A stretch of 64,000 nucleotides of DNA, taken from contig CAXXUK010000001.1 of NCBI GenBank assembly GCA_963665125.2, forward strand, positions 960,001 to 1,024,000. Reading direction: 5' to 3'. The stretch is from an uncultured Desulfarculus sp. (GTDB lineage Bacteria > Desulfobacterota > Desulfarculia > Desulfarculales > Desulfarculaceae). The translations under genes and the position numbers were made by a program. Under the pieces are notes generated by a model, which searched no databases, had not been told where the DNA came from, and saw nothing but the letters and a program-made list of their open reading frames with translations. Positions 29,335-40,415 of this stretch are shown one piece after another; positions within the stretch are counted from its first letter, which is position 1, and the number at the start of each line of letters is the position of its first letter.

Positions 29335-30021
29335 ACCCGAGGCGCTGTATCCTATAGATAGTAAACAAACTTGTTGTTGGGTTAACCATAACGGCAGTAA
29401 GGCGCAGCCTGCTGCCATTATGTTGAATCAATAGTGGTGTTGCGAGAAATTATTCAACCAGCCATCTGCAATGACGATGCTGCTTTTAAAAAAACATCAT
29501 AAGCATAGTCAACAATACCTGTGGGTTACGAACTTACCGGTTTTGTTGGGCTTCGGCCCCTTGAGGCGAATACTTGCGGGGATAATCGCTGAACGATGTT
29601 CATATGTGTTATCAATCGTTTTGCCGGAGATGTGAATTTGAATAACTTGAAAAAAATTAGTTAATGATCGTTTTGGGTTCAACACCGCTGGAAATAAATT
29701 TAACAAAATAAACGACCAAAACACCTGCCGATGCATTGCTTTTTCCCCCAAATTCATTATAAAGTTTTGGCGAAAATTTCCCGCGGGATGGGTTTTCCAC
29801 CATTGCGGCGAAATTGTCGTGTCCCGGTTAAATGCTTGCTCGTTGCGAACCGGTATGACCTGGATGGAGCCCAATCAGATTTCGTCTGTCGCGGCGCCTA
29901 GGAAAAAGCAACTTGTTGGGTTCACTTCAAATCAAGTGAATACGCACAATGTGAACGTTCGGAATTGTGGTGCGTCGGTGAAAAAACACCGGAAAAATGC
30001 ACCTGTTAGAGCTGTTTTTTG

Positions 30022-33000
30022 ATGACCCCCAGGCCCATGGTCTTTTTATTCGTTTTGGCTTGTACTGCTATTGTCGCACCATGGATAAGCAGTCTTGGGG
30101 TAGAATATTTGCTTGGGAGCAATAATTTTACCCAATGTTCAATCCAACAGTTGCTGACTTGGTCCATCTGGTTGACTCTTCTGCTTGCCGCCTTGGCAAT
30201 TATTCCTTTGCAAATTTTTCAGCTGATCCGGTTGCGGCAATTCAACAGGCAATTAAATGCCATTGATGTCGAAACCCCTTCCTTCAGCGCTGCTGAAATA
30301 AACCTAAACAGGACGGCCAAAGCGGTCTATCCGCATTTCGAAAAGATCCTGGGCAGGCTTAAACGCGCAATCTCCAGGGAAAAGGGATTAATCGCGGAGC
30401 TGAACGAGGCGCGCGATTACACGGATCTTTTATTGGAGAGTGTGGGCGAGGCTATCTTGGTCTTTGACGGCCAGGGAAAGCTCCAGGATTTTAATGCAGT
30501 TAGTGAGAGGCTTTTCGGCCTTTCCGCTTATCGGCACATAGGGACGGCGCCGGTTTTTCTGGCCTTGGGAGAAGATGTTTTTTACCAGGTTCTGGACAAG
30601 GTCACCAAGGAAATTTCGCGTAACGGTTATTATCAGGGTGACTTGAGGCTACGGTCCGCCAATGGCGAGTTTATTTATGCCGAAGCTACCGTGGCGCCGG
30701 TCGGCAGCTTTAAAAGCCTGGGCAGAAACCTCTACATTTCAGCAGTGAGAGACGTATCGGCCAGGCACAAGGCCATCAAGGCTTTGGAGGAATCGGAGCA
30801 TCGCTATCGCCTGGTTACTGACGGTTCGCCTTTGGGAATCTATATATATCAGGAAGGAAAGCTGGTTTTTGCGAACCAACGGTTGGCCGCCATGTTGGAT
30901 TCAAACCCTGACGACCTTTTGAAAGGCAACCTGTGGGACTTCTTTGATCCGGCTGACATTCAGGCCATTCAAACCAGAATGTTAAAAAGAACAAAAGCAC
31001 TGCCCGCTGGGACACCTTCCCTGGAGATAAAACTTAAGACTGTAAAAGGCGAAACCAAATGGGTGGAGTTGCAATCAGGCAGCTTTTTGCTTAACGGCAA
31101 GCCCGCCACGATTGGCAACGTGAAGGATATAACCGAGAGCAGGCTAGCCAGGCAGGAGGCCCGCAACAGGTTGCGTGAAATCGAGGTGTTGGGCCGCATC
31201 AGCGCCTTGGCCAACAGGGCCCAGGATTTGGAAACCATGCTCAACAAGGCTGTAGCCGCGATGAACGAAATCGTGGGCCTGCAGGGTGGCTGCGTTTTGC
31301 TGGAGAGCCGATCCGAACAAGCGCTTGTTTTGAAATGCCAAGATAATGCTCCGAACTGGTTGATGGAATACGCCCGTGAACTAGCCGCGACCTACAAACA
31401 ATCAAAACTCCCCGACCGGGGTATTGAATCCTTTCCGGCATCCTATGTCGGTGGTCCGCAAAACACCGCAGCCTGCATTGTTCCTCTCATGAGCGTTGAC
31501 AGACCCGTGGGCTGCCTGCTCATGTGGGGCGAAAAAACGCCTGATCACAACACGGCCCGGTTTATAACCTCAGTCAGCCTGGAACTGGGTGCGACCGTCG
31601 AGAGGCTTCGGCTGGTGGAAGCACTCCAGACCAGTGAACGCAGATACCGCGATTTGTTTGAGAATGCCGGAGACCTGATCGAGGCGGTTGACGATCAGGG
31701 CCGTTATGTCTATGTGAACAAACGCTGGAAGGAAGTGCTGGGCTATACCGAAAGCGAAGTTGAAAATCTGCGTGTAGACGACGTTGTTGATCCCGCTTGG
31801 TTGGATACCTATAAAAAGCTGATCGAGGAGGTAAAGGCAAAGGGTGAAATAGAAAACGCTGAGCTTGTCTATGTTTGTAAGGACGGCGGCCAAGTTCGGG
31901 TTGAAGGCGGCATTACGGCCCGGGTGCGCAACGGCCAGATAGCTTATACACGTTCAATTGTCCGGGATGTGACCACCAACCGCATGCTTCAGGAACATAT
32001 GCAGCGGGCCCAGCGCATAGAGTCGTTGGCAATTATGGCCGGCGGTATGGCCCATGACTTCAATAATGTCCTGATGGCCGTACTTGGTAACACCTCATTG
32101 TTGATGTCCGAAGTCCAGGCGGACACCAACACTTATAAGCGCCTGGCCAATATAGAGCAACAGGCCTTGTCCGGATGCTCTGTGACCAAACAGCTGCTCA
32201 ATATAGCCAGGACTAAAAGGCCAGATCACACCCAAGTGGACGTGGTGGCGATGCTCCAAGGGATAGTGGAGGTGGTTCGCCGCACCCACCGAGGATTGAC
32301 CGTTGAGCTTAACACCGACAAACACCTTCCGGAGATCAAGGGAGACGAGGGGCAACTCCACCAGGCGTTCATGAATTTGCTGATCAACGCCGCCCAAGCC
32401 ACAGAAGATGGAGGCTGGGTGCAAGTCAAAGCCGCTTCAACTTCCCTCAATACCGAAGATGCCCAGGCCCGGGACCTGGAGATGGGCGAGTTTTTTAGAA
32501 TCGAGGTTCATGACAACGGCCATGGCATTGAAGAGGGTGACCTGAAACGCATTTTTGATCCGTTTTTTTCCACCAAAGACCGTAACCGCGGCACCGGGTT
32601 GGGGCTTACCATGACCTACCGGACCATAAAACAACACAATGGTTTTATCGGCGTGGAGTCTCAAAAGGCCAAGGGAACGACATTTACCGTCTTGCTGCCG
32701 GCCTGCGTGGCAGACAAAAAACGCAAGTTGAAGCCATGCAACCCCCTCCAGGAAAGTCCGGGCAACCTCGAGGGCAAAACCATAATGGTTGTCGATGATG
32801 AGGTTGGTGTCCGTCAGACCATCGTGGACATGCTTCTACAGACGGGCGCGAAAGTTTTTGAGGCGGGCGACGGACTGCAGGCCCGGAAGCTGATGGAGGG
32901 CGGCAACAACGATGTGGACCTGATCGTCCTCGACATGATCATGCCCGATATGGATGGGAACGAATTCTATCAATGGTTGAAAACCAGCAACCACGATCCA

Positions 33001-33141
33001 ATGGTCCTTTTTGCCACCGGCAACGGCCTACAGCCCGCCATTGAAAACAACCTATTGTCTAAGAGTTGCTTTTATATCGCCAAACCATTCCGCCTGGCCG
33101 ACTTCAACACAAAGCTCGCCGAGATTTTCATGGAGTCATAG
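30022..33141 (+). CDS. Membrane hybrid histidine kinase (2 TM, PAS-PAS-GAF-PAS, HisKA, HATPase, receiver)
   Basis: AGGMAHDFNN, NLLINA, DNGHG, FDPFFSTK, GTGLGL; receiver VVDDE...LDMIMP...KPF. Confidence 0.93.
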   Translation: MTPRPMVFLFVLACTAIVAPWISSLGVEYLLGSNNFTQCSIQQLLTWSIWLTLLLAALAIIPLQIFQLIRLRQFNRQLNAIDVETPSFSAAEINLNRTAKAVYPHFEKILGRLKRAISREKGLIAELNEARDYTDLLLESVGEAILVFDGQGKLQDFNAVSERLFGLSAYRHIGTAPVFLALGEDVFYQVLDKVTKEISRNGYYQGDLRLRSANGEFIYAEATVAPVGSFKSLGRNLYISAVRDVSARHKAIKALEESEHRYRLVTDGSPLGIYIYQEGKLVFANQRLAAMLDSNPDDLLKGNLWDFFDPADIQAIQTRMLKRTKALPAGTPSLEIKLKTVKGETKWVELQSGSFLLNGKPATIGNVKDITESRLARQEARNRLREIEVLGRISALANRAQDLETMLNKAVAAMNEIVGLQGGCVLLESRSEQALVLKCQDNAPNWLMEYARELAATYKQSKLPDRGIESFPASYVGGPQNTAACIVPLMSVDRPVGCLLMWGEKTPDHNTARFITSVSLELGATVERLRLVEALQTSERRYRDLFENAGDLIEAVDDQGRYVYVNKRWKEVLGYTESEVENLRVDDVVDPAWLDTYKKLIEEVKAKGEIENAELVYVCKDGGQVRVEGGITARVRNGQIAYTRSIVRDVTTNRMLQEHMQRAQRIESLAIMAGGMAHDFNNVLMAVLGNTSLLMSEVQADTNTYKRLANIEQQALSGCSVTKQLLNIARTKRPDHTQVDVVAMLQGIVEVVRRTHRGLTVELNTDKHLPEIKGDEGQLHQAFMNLLINAAQATEDGGWVQVKAASTSLNTEDAQARDLEMGEFFRIEVHDNGHGIEEGDLKRIFDPFFSTKDRNRGTGLGLTMTYRTIKQHNGFIGVESQKAKGTTFTVLLPACVADKKRKLKPCNPLQESPGNLEGKTIMVVDDEVGVRQTIVDMLLQTGAKVFEAGDGLQARKLMEGGNNDVDLIVLDMIMPDMDGNEFYQWLKTSNHDPMVLFATGNGLQPAIENNLLSKSCFYIAKPFRLADFNTKLAEIFMES

Positions 33142-33151
33142 CTGGTTGGGG

Positions 33152-34348
33152 CTACGGCAATTTTGCCAACAGCATCTGTGCTTCCTTGAAACCTGGCCGA
33201 ATTTCCAAGGCCTTTTGCAGCAGCTTTTTTGATTCGGCGAATTGCTTTTGTTCGGCCAAAGCCAGGGCTACGTTATAGAGCAGGTTTTCATCGTCAGGCG
33301 CCACTTCCAAGGCTTGTCTGTATATTTCAATGGCCTTGTCAATGCGTTTTTGGCGGCGGTAGGCAATTCCCAACCGGTTGTAGATATGCACCTTTTGGGG
33401 ATCAATGGAAACGGCGTCGGAAAAGACTTGCGCGGCCTGCTCGTTTAAACCGGCATCCAATAAAGCATCACCAACTTCGGAGATCATATCCGAATCATTT
33501 GTCGCCGCCTTTTTTGCCCGGTTTAATGCTTCAAGGCCTTCTTCAATGTTTCCTTGTTGCAACAGGGCCTTGCCCAGGTTCAGCTGACGGCGGGCGTTGC
33601 GCGGGCTGATTCTGGCGGCAGCGCGCATCTGTTGGGTGGCTTCTTCGAGTTGGCCTCGTTTGGTGTAAAGATGGGCCAGTCGGTCCCGGGCTTTGACAAA
33701 GCGGTTCGCCATGTCGGCTGCCTCATGATACCTGCTAAGCGCGGCCTCTTCCTTTTCCAGTGCCTCCAGGGCCTCTCCCATGGCCAATAGCGTCCTGGGG
33801 CTTTTGGGGGCCAGGGTTATTGCTTCTTCAAACGATTTGAGTGCTTCTTCAAACTTGCCCTGGTGCATCAAGCCGGCACCTTTATCCAGTGCTTCATCCA
33901 CCGGATGGGGGTTGCGGCGTTTCTCCAAAATATGGTCGATTCTGTCCATAAGGGTTTGGGCTTGGAATGGTTTGACGATATAGCCGTCGACGCCTTCTTC
34001 AATCGCTTCAGCCACGATGTCTTCGACGACTTCAGCCGTGACCATGAGAAAAGGGGTGTTCCGCATGCCCTCGTCGCCCCTGACCTTTTTCAATAGATCC
34101 AGACCCGTCATGTTGGGCATGTTCCAGTCGCAGATTATGAAATCAACGTGGGTCTGCTCCAGCTTTTGCCAAGCATCAAGACCGTCGGAAGCATCCGTGA
34201 CTTTTGTGTAGCCAAAAGTGCGAAGAAAATTAAAGACCATTCTACGGACGTTGAACTGGTCGTCGACAACCAAAAAACGGGTATTCGGGTCCCTTGAAGG
34301 TTCCAAGGCTTTCCTCCATTTGAGGCCGGGCAGGTTGATTTTCCCCAA
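33152..34348 (-). CDS. CheY-like response regulator fused to TPR repeats
   Basis: VVDD, CDWNMPNMTG, MVTAE, YIVKPF, then about 7 TPR motifs (YNRLGIAYRRQ). Confidence 0.9.
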   Translation of the reverse strand: MGKINLPGLKWRKALEPSRDPNTRFLVVDDQFNVRRMVFNFLRTFGYTKVTDASDGLDAWQKLEQTHVDFIICDWNMPNMTGLDLLKKVRGDEGMRNTPFLMVTAEVVEDIVAEAIEEGVDGYIVKPFQAQTLMDRIDHILEKRRNPHPVDEALDKGAGLMHQGKFEEALKSFEEAITLAPKSPRTLLAMGEALEALEKEEAALSRYHEAADMANRFVKARDRLAHLYTKRGQLEEATQQMRAAARISPRNARRQLNLGKALLQQGNIEEGLEALNRAKKAATNDSDMISEVGDALLDAGLNEQAAQVFSDAVSIDPQKVHIYNRLGIAYRRQKRIDKAIEIYRQALEVAPDDENLLYNVALALAEQKQFAESKKLLQKALEIRPGFKEAQMLLAKLP

Positions 34349-34427
34349 ATAAGATCGGCTGCCTTTAGGGGGTGCTGGTGAAAACGCTCATCTGCTACTG
34401 GTATTATAAAGATTCATGTTGCAAAAA

Positions 34428-34808
34428 TCAGTTCAGAAGCTCATTTATGGCCCCAGCCAGGACTCCGGGTTGAACAGGTTTTATTAGATACTTGGTGGCC
34501 CCCATGTTCAGGGCCCGGTCGATGTCTGTTTGATGCCCCTCTGTTGAAAGCATTATGACCGGCAAAGCAGCGCTTTTTTTATTTTCCCTAATTTTTTTTA
34601 AAAGGGTAAGGCCGTCCATGCGGGGCATGTTGAGGTCGGTCAAAACCAAATCGACATGGTTGCAGGAGAGGACCTCCAGGCCTGCCACGCCATCGCTGGC
34701 TAACAGGACGTTGAATCCGTTTTGGCGCAGCATTGTGCCCAGTATGTTCTGAATAGTAGGTGAATCATCAACTACAAGAATGCTGGGTTTGTTCACGGCT
34801 ACAGTCAT
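34428..34808 (-). CDS. Single-domain CheY-like response regulator
   Basis: VVDDS, TDLNMPRMDG, MLSTE, YLIKP. Confidence 0.92.
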   Translation of the reverse strand: MTVAVNKPSILVVDDSPTIQNILGTMLRQNGFNVLLASDGVAGLEVLSCNHVDLVLTDLNMPRMDGLTLLKKIRENKKSAALPVIMLSTEGHQTDIDRALNMGATKYLIKPVQPGVLAGAINELLN

Positions 34809-34915
34809 ACCAAGAGGAATCCTCAAGCGAAGTATATCGTCAAATTATCATGTTTCAGGTCATCGAACAACAATAGTCTGTCTGAAGTGAGGATGAAAAT
34901 TACCTTTTTCACAAT

Positions 34916-36814
34916 TTAGAGCCGTCCTTCGATGACTTGAATCGCGATATCCGCCGTTGACCGCACATCCGGACTTTCATCGGATAAAAGGCCCAAAAGG
35001 GACGGTATGGCCCGTTGGTCCTTGATGCGTCCGAGGGCCTTTGCCGCCGCCGATTTTGTGGCGATGTCTTTGGAACCAAGCATTTCCATAAGCGGAATGA
35101 CCGCATCCTCGGCTTCCGTCAATCCCAGTGACCTTACCGCATGCAGACGAAGTTCCTGGTCGTCATCACCCAAAAACTTGATGAGGATTTTATGCGCATT
35201 CGGGTTGGCCGTTTCAGCCAGTGCCGTAATCAATGCGCGTCTGACGGAAGTCGAGGGATCATTTACCAGCGGTATCATCTGCTCAAGGGCATTGGCTCCG
35301 TCGGATTGCAAAAGGGCCCAGACCGTAACCCGCCGAACACTCGGGTCTTCATCAAAGAGAAGACCCCGCAGTAGGTTGCCGGCATCGGGCAAAGCAAGAG
35401 TGCCTATGCCTCGGGCCGCCATGCGCCGGTGATTACTGTTGGAGGCTTCCAGTCCTTTGGTGAGGATGTCCACAAGATCATTGCCACCTATTTGGAGCAT
35501 TGATCTCATGGCCTGGCGTCTGAGGTCCTTGTGATCGTTTCCCAGAAGCCTGGCCAAAACCGGAACAGCCGGTTCAAATTGCAACTTGCCCAAGGCCCTG
35601 GCTGATTCGAAAACCACATTTATGTCATCATCGGCAAGCAGACCGAGGAGAATTTCACCCGCCTGAGTGTCTTGTCTGCTTCCCAAACCAGCGGCAGCCT
35701 GGGCCCTGACTTGGGCGGAAGGATGCCCCAGGGCTTTGATCAGGGCGGCATTTGGTTCCGGGCCAGGCATACGGCTCAGGGCGGTTACTGCAACCAGGGC
35801 CAATTTGGGGTCTGCCGAAGTGGAGGCTCCCACCAAGGGGGCTTCGGAGCCAATGGCCTGAAGAGTATCGTAAATCAATTCAATCAGGTTGTTGGATTCC
35901 GTGTTGCGGGCAAGCTCCATGATATTGTAAACACTTGATGTATCGGCAAGCATGGCCAGGCCTTTGAGGGCAAGGGCCTGAACGTTTTCGTTCATGTCGT
36001 TCAAGGCGTCCCATAAGCCGGTATCAAGCTTTTCCTTTAAGTCCGGATCCAACGCGGACAGTATCTCGGATGAGGAGGACTTTACCAGTGCGCCGCATAT
36101 GGCCGTCAGCAGCAGGCCCTGGGCATCGCTTATCTTTGCCAATAACGGTTCGACAATAAGCGGATCTTCCAGGTCCCCAAGGGCCTCCACTATGCTGATC
36201 TGTACAAATTCGGAAGCCTTGTCCATATGTTCCAGAAGGGGGCGCACGACGGACGTATCTCCGATGTGGGAAAGGGCCTGCACCACCGAGTATTGGACCC
36301 ATTCATCATCATGAAGCTGGCCTAGAAGGGGGGCCACTGCGGCCGAGGAACCGATTTTGCCCAAACTGTCGGCCGCCATGGCCCGCACATTGGCATCACT
36401 GTCTTTTAGGGCCTCGGTCAAGGCCTTTATCGCACCAGCGATTTTAATGGAGCCGAGAATGTCGGCGCAAAAAATGCGTTGGTCCCTGTCGCCGTCGGAT
36501 AAAAGTCTTATGAGCATTTCCGGGGCGTCTTCGCCGACGATCCTGAGCAGTTGAATTGCCCGGTTACGCATGACCACGTGTTCTATCGCCAGCATTGGAA
36601 TCAGCCGCACGGCGACTTCGCGGCCGCGCAGTTTCGCCAGGGATTCAACGGCGGCTTCCTCCACATCCGGGTCGCCGTCAGCCAGATGGTCAATCAGGGC
36701 GGGGATGGCCGAACGTTCGGCAATGTTGCCTAATGTTTTTGCGGCTTCTCTGCGCACCGCCGGCGAGGGGCTGTTGAGTTCTTCTAGTAAGCGTGATGCC
36801 AGTTGTGAGGACAT
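34916..36814 (-). CDS. HEAT/PBS-lyase repeat protein
   Basis: Many L-x-D-x3-VR-x2-A-x2-ALG units over about 630 aa. Confidence 0.9.
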   Translation of the reverse strand: MSSQLASRLLEELNSPSPAVRREAAKTLGNIAERSAIPALIDHLADGDPDVEEAAVESLAKLRGREVAVRLIPMLAIEHVVMRNRAIQLLRIVGEDAPEMLIRLLSDGDRDQRIFCADILGSIKIAGAIKALTEALKDSDANVRAMAADSLGKIGSSAAVAPLLGQLHDDEWVQYSVVQALSHIGDTSVVRPLLEHMDKASEFVQISIVEALGDLEDPLIVEPLLAKISDAQGLLLTAICGALVKSSSSEILSALDPDLKEKLDTGLWDALNDMNENVQALALKGLAMLADTSSVYNIMELARNTESNNLIELIYDTLQAIGSEAPLVGASTSADPKLALVAVTALSRMPGPEPNAALIKALGHPSAQVRAQAAAGLGSRQDTQAGEILLGLLADDDINVVFESARALGKLQFEPAVPVLARLLGNDHKDLRRQAMRSMLQIGGNDLVDILTKGLEASNSNHRRMAARGIGTLALPDAGNLLRGLLFDEDPSVRRVTVWALLQSDGANALEQMIPLVNDPSTSVRRALITALAETANPNAHKILIKFLGDDDQELRLHAVRSLGLTEAEDAVIPLMEMLGSKDIATKSAAAKALGRIKDQRAIPSLLGLLSDESPDVRSTADIAIQVIEGRL

Positions 36815-36819
36815 GTGGT

Positions 36820-37545
36820 TCAATTCATTGGTATGCGCACGCTGAAGGTCGTAGGCCTTGACGGCTGCCAGGCAACGTGACCGTTCCATTTGGACAAGAC
36901 GGTGTTGGCCAGGAAAAGACCAAGCCCGTCATGGTCGCCGCCTTTGTCGCTGGTGAACGGTTCAAACATCGATTCGGCTATTTCGGCGTCCGGACCGGGA
37001 CCGGAGTCCGTGACTTCCAGTACGGCGTTTTCAGAGTCCCGCAAGACTCGAACGCTCATTTCCACTGTTTTAGTGTTGGTCAACGATTCCACGGCATTGG
37101 CTATGACCTCGTTGAAGGCCAGGGATACGTCGATGTAGCTGATTTTCAACAGCGGCAGGTTGTCATCGGTTTGCAGGTCCAATTTGATCTGATGTTTGAA
37201 ATATGGGTTGGCACTCCAAAAAGGAAGTTGTTCCCTGACCAATTGGTTGAGATCGGTTGGGTCCGGTGAAGTGCGCTGCCCCTGGCTGCTATGGGATGCC
37301 AGCATGCCAATTTCATCGGTTAGCTTGACCAGACCCTGTTGGGAAGAGTCGATTTTCTGCCTGATTTGATCCAGGTCCATTGCCTCGAGGCGAAGCTCCA
37401 TCAGGTCCAGAGGCAGGCGCACCATCTGCACGGCCCCGGAAATATTGTGGACAACCCCTTTGAGCAGCCGTCCGACAAAGGCCAATTTTTCCCTTGCGAC
37501 CAGGGCGTTGATCACTTTTTCCGATAGAAGCTCGCTGCCGCTCAA
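36820..37545 (-). CDS. Sensor-less histidine kinase-like protein with an atypical H-box
   Basis: GVVHNISGA; EVIANA, DSGPG, FEPFTSDK, GLGL. Confidence 0.8.
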   Translation of the reverse strand: MSGSELLSEKVINALVAREKLAFVGRLLKGVVHNISGAVQMVRLPLDLMELRLEAMDLDQIRQKIDSSQQGLVKLTDEIGMLASHSSQGQRTSPDPTDLNQLVREQLPFWSANPYFKHQIKLDLQTDDNLPLLKISYIDVSLAFNEVIANAVESLTNTKTVEMSVRVLRDSENAVLEVTDSGPGPDAEIAESMFEPFTSDKGGDHDGLGLFLANTVLSKWNGHVAWQPSRPTTFSVRIPMN

Positions 37546-38123
37546 GACTCCATCTCCTGGTTTCGGCGGGCCAATTGGCGTCGCTGTTGCTCAAAGGTGA
37601 AGCGGATGATTCGTTCCCTGTCAGAATCGGCTATTTCCACAAAATTGATGCCGATATGGTTGTCGTCACAATCATCTGGTTGATCGGCCCTGACCACTTC
37701 CCCAATCGCGTATACCGGACGCCAGGGGCTGTTGGGCAGGTTGATGGCCAAGATGATCCTTTGGCCCAGGGTTAGATCGGATTCGCCGCAGACGCCCAAG
37801 CCCGACCCGGATATGTTGACTACATTCATTTTGCCTGGAAAATGCAGGTCATACTCCCGTGTCCGTAAATGGTACAAAATCATATCGATTTTGAAGTCCA
37901 TCCAGCGGATTACATCCAGTAGGGGCATCACTGATTCGGATAGACTCTGCTTTTCCCATACAGCCCCGGCGGCTTCCTCCAATTTGCTTTGCATGGCCCA
38001 CATTTCCTGGTCCATGGCCATGGCCTGCCGGGAGCTTTCGTTTTCCGTTCCATAGCGCACCAGTAAGCGCACGCTGGTACGGTAAAATTGTCGTTCTGAA
38101 CTGTTGTTTTCGTTCATGTTCAT
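37542..38123 (-). CDS. PilZ domain protein
   Basis: ERQFYR and NISGSG motifs; GEVVR, GINFVEI...RERIIRF. Confidence 0.85.
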   Translation of the reverse strand: MNMNENNSSERQFYRTSVRLLVRYGTENESSRQAMAMDQEMWAMQSKLEEAAGAVWEKQSLSESVMPLLDVIRWMDFKIDMILYHLRTREYDLHFPGKMNVVNISGSGLGVCGESDLTLGQRIILAINLPNSPWRPVYAIGEVVRADQPDDCDDNHIGINFVEIADSDRERIIRFTFEQQRRQLARRNQEMES

Positions 38124-38171
38124 ACAATGAGTTTACACCGCAAAAGCTTCCCGTGGCGAATACAATGAATT

Positions 38172-39761
38172 CTATCGAGATATTTCCACAACAGTGTCGC
38201 CGGATTCCGAGGGTGCATACCGTTCGAGCATGTCCACAAAAGCAATTACAACCTGGGGGTCGAATTGGCCTCCAGAGCAGCGATTTATCTCATTGACGGC
38301 TTCCTGCCTGGTTTTTGCCTGCCTGTAAGGGCGGTCGCTGGTCATGGCGTCATAGGCGTCGGCCACGGCGACAATGCGGGCCAATAGCGGAATGGCCTCG
38401 CCCGTTAGGCCGTCGGGGTAGCCTTTGCCGTCCCAACGCTCATGGTGGTGACGGATGATGGCCCTTTCGTTTTCACTGAGGTCCATTGAGCGGATAATTG
38501 TTTCGCCAACTACGGGATGTGTCTTAATTTGCTCATATTCTTCGTCGCTTAGGCATGTTTCTTTGAGTAAGATATTATCTTTTATGCCTATCTTGCCGAT
38601 ATCATGCAGGTATGCCGCAAATCTGATTGACTCTACAAGGTCAAGATCCAAGCTCATGGCCTGGGCGGTGAGAACGCTGAAGTTGGTCACCCGGCGGCTG
38701 TGTTGCCTGGTGTAGGGATCCTTGGCCTCCATCGCCCCGACCAGCGCCCCCAACGTGGAGTGCATGTTGGCGACCATGGATTCATACAGGGCGATGTTTT
38801 CAATGGACAGTACGGCCTTTTGGCAAAGGAAACGGCTGATAAAGATGTCCTCGCCGCCAAAGGGAAGGCCTCCCGATTTGTCGCCCACCACCAGCACGCC
38901 GAAAATTTCTTCTCTGATTTGGATGGGCATGACCAAATAGGCGTCTTGCATGGGCAAGCTGTCGTCCAGTTGTTGGTCGCCGTTGGCCCTGCCTATCATG
39001 GGCTGGCCCTCGGCTGCCACCTTTCCAATGGGGCCTTGTCCGAATGCGGCGGCGGGATAGCCCAGCTTGGCGTTTTCAAATCCATGCGCCGCAATGGTCA
39101 GCAATTGGCCGGAGGATCTGTCCAACAATAAAACAGCGGCTTTTTCCGCTTCCAAAAAACGAGCGGCCAGAGACGCCATGCCTTGGTAAATCTCTTCGGA
39201 GGTGTGCAGCCTGTCGATGGATTCGGATATTTTATGGATTACGTGTTGCTCTTTGATCCGCCTTTGCAATTCATGATTGAGCTTTTCAATCCGTTTTTGG
39301 TGCCGCAGGCTGTCTGCCAGGCGCAGGTTTTCCTTTAGGAGCCTCTGTTCGCGGACAACGCGTTCCACGGTGACCTTGATCTCGCTGAGATTGAACGGTT
39401 TGATCAAAAAGTCGCTGGCGCCCTGACGCATGGTGTCAATGGCGGCATCCAGGGAGGGAAAGCCGGTCATGATTACGACCGGCAAGGTCGTGTCTTGCTC
39501 TTTCAGCCTGCTCAGTAGCTCAACGCCGGTCATTTCGGGCATTTTAAGGTCTAGGAAGGCGCAATCAAAGTCGCCGGGCTTGAATAGGGTGAGAGCCTCC
39601 GGTCCGCTGGAAGCGCAGACAACATGGTGGTTGTTTATGGATGAGAGGTATTCGCGCAACGCCTCACGGATGTTGGGTTCATCATCGACCAGCAGAATCC
39701 TCAGACGTTCAGGTTCGTTAATGGTGTCTGTTGCCTGGGAGGTTCTTCCTTCTATCGACAA
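38172..39761 (-). CDS. Receiver-GAF-HD-GYP cyclic-dinucleotide phosphodiesterase
   Basis: LVDDE...LDLKMP; KDPYTRQHS, LHDIGK, HHERWDGKGYP, VADAYDAMTSDRPYR. Confidence 0.93.
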   Translation of the reverse strand: MSIEGRTSQATDTINEPERLRILLVDDEPNIREALREYLSSINNHHVVCASSGPEALTLFKPGDFDCAFLDLKMPEMTGVELLSRLKEQDTTLPVVIMTGFPSLDAAIDTMRQGASDFLIKPFNLSEIKVTVERVVREQRLLKENLRLADSLRHQKRIEKLNHELQRRIKEQHVIHKISESIDRLHTSEEIYQGMASLAARFLEAEKAAVLLLDRSSGQLLTIAAHGFENAKLGYPAAAFGQGPIGKVAAEGQPMIGRANGDQQLDDSLPMQDAYLVMPIQIREEIFGVLVVGDKSGGLPFGGEDIFISRFLCQKAVLSIENIALYESMVANMHSTLGALVGAMEAKDPYTRQHSRRVTNFSVLTAQAMSLDLDLVESIRFAAYLHDIGKIGIKDNILLKETCLSDEEYEQIKTHPVVGETIIRSMDLSENERAIIRHHHERWDGKGYPDGLTGEAIPLLARIVAVADAYDAMTSDRPYRQAKTRQEAVNEINRCSGGQFDPQVVIAFVDMLERYAPSESGDTVVEISR

Positions 39762-39995
39762 CCCTGCGTCTCCGGTGGTATTGATGATTGGCAGCCTAGC
39801 GATATATGGCAGGCTGTTTATCTAGTCCCTATCTATCTTACCTATTTGAACTAACGGATTGTAGCATAATGCGATAGACAGCACTAGGCAGGGCTAATTA
39901 AAAGAAAACAAGATATGTCTGTTTGGTGTGCCGCTTAAGATGGCACGAAGTGGGGGCCGCCTATCGGACCCGGCCGGGGAGCCGGGTCCGATAGA

Positions 39996-40355
39996 CTAGA
40001 CTAGGGAGTCCAGCAGTCCATCCAGTTGGCCCGACTTGGCTCGATGGGCCATCTTTAGGGCTGCCTCAGCTGGTATTTGCCTGATTAGCCTCTTTCCGTC
40101 CGAGGAAAGCACCTTCACTATGTCGCGGCCTGTTTCCTGGTCAACCGCAACCTGGATGTTTACGTCAAACGTACGCTCCAGGTTTTCGGCAAACTGTTCG
40201 AGTTCCTTGCGCGATACCGTTTCCTCTGCTTGTTGATCGCTCTGAGCCGCAACTGTTTCTTCCTGCCCTGAATTGGCGGGTCTGTCGATGGTCTGTTGCG
40301 TTCGCTTGGCAACGGCATTTGGCGCGACATTGATTCTTGTCGTCGTTATTTCCAT
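39996..40355 (-). CDS. flaG: Flagellar protein FlaG-like
   Basis: VDQETGRDIVKVL...LIRQIPAE...GLLDSLV; GGAGG RBS. Confidence 0.8.
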   Translation of the reverse strand: MEITTTRINVAPNAVAKRTQQTIDRPANSGQEETVAAQSDQQAEETVSRKELEQFAENLERTFDVNIQVAVDQETGRDIVKVLSSDGKRLIRQIPAEAALKMAHRAKSGQLDGLLDSLV

Positions 40356-40415
40356 GGCCTTGCCCTCCGTGGCACCCGGCGTTAATCTGTTTTGCCAAAA
40401 TCTTCCTTATTCTTC

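Noticed and set aside
29335..30018. ORF 29509-29874 or an ncRNA in the long AT-rich gap
   Set aside because: No motif, atypical codons and no recognisable RNA family; more likely the kinase's regulatory region, though a small RNA cannot be excluded by eye
39961..39994. SRP RNA or other ncRNA
   Set aside because: A single 14-bp GC hairpin right after the flaG stop, without the SRP loop motif; best read as a terminator-like stem
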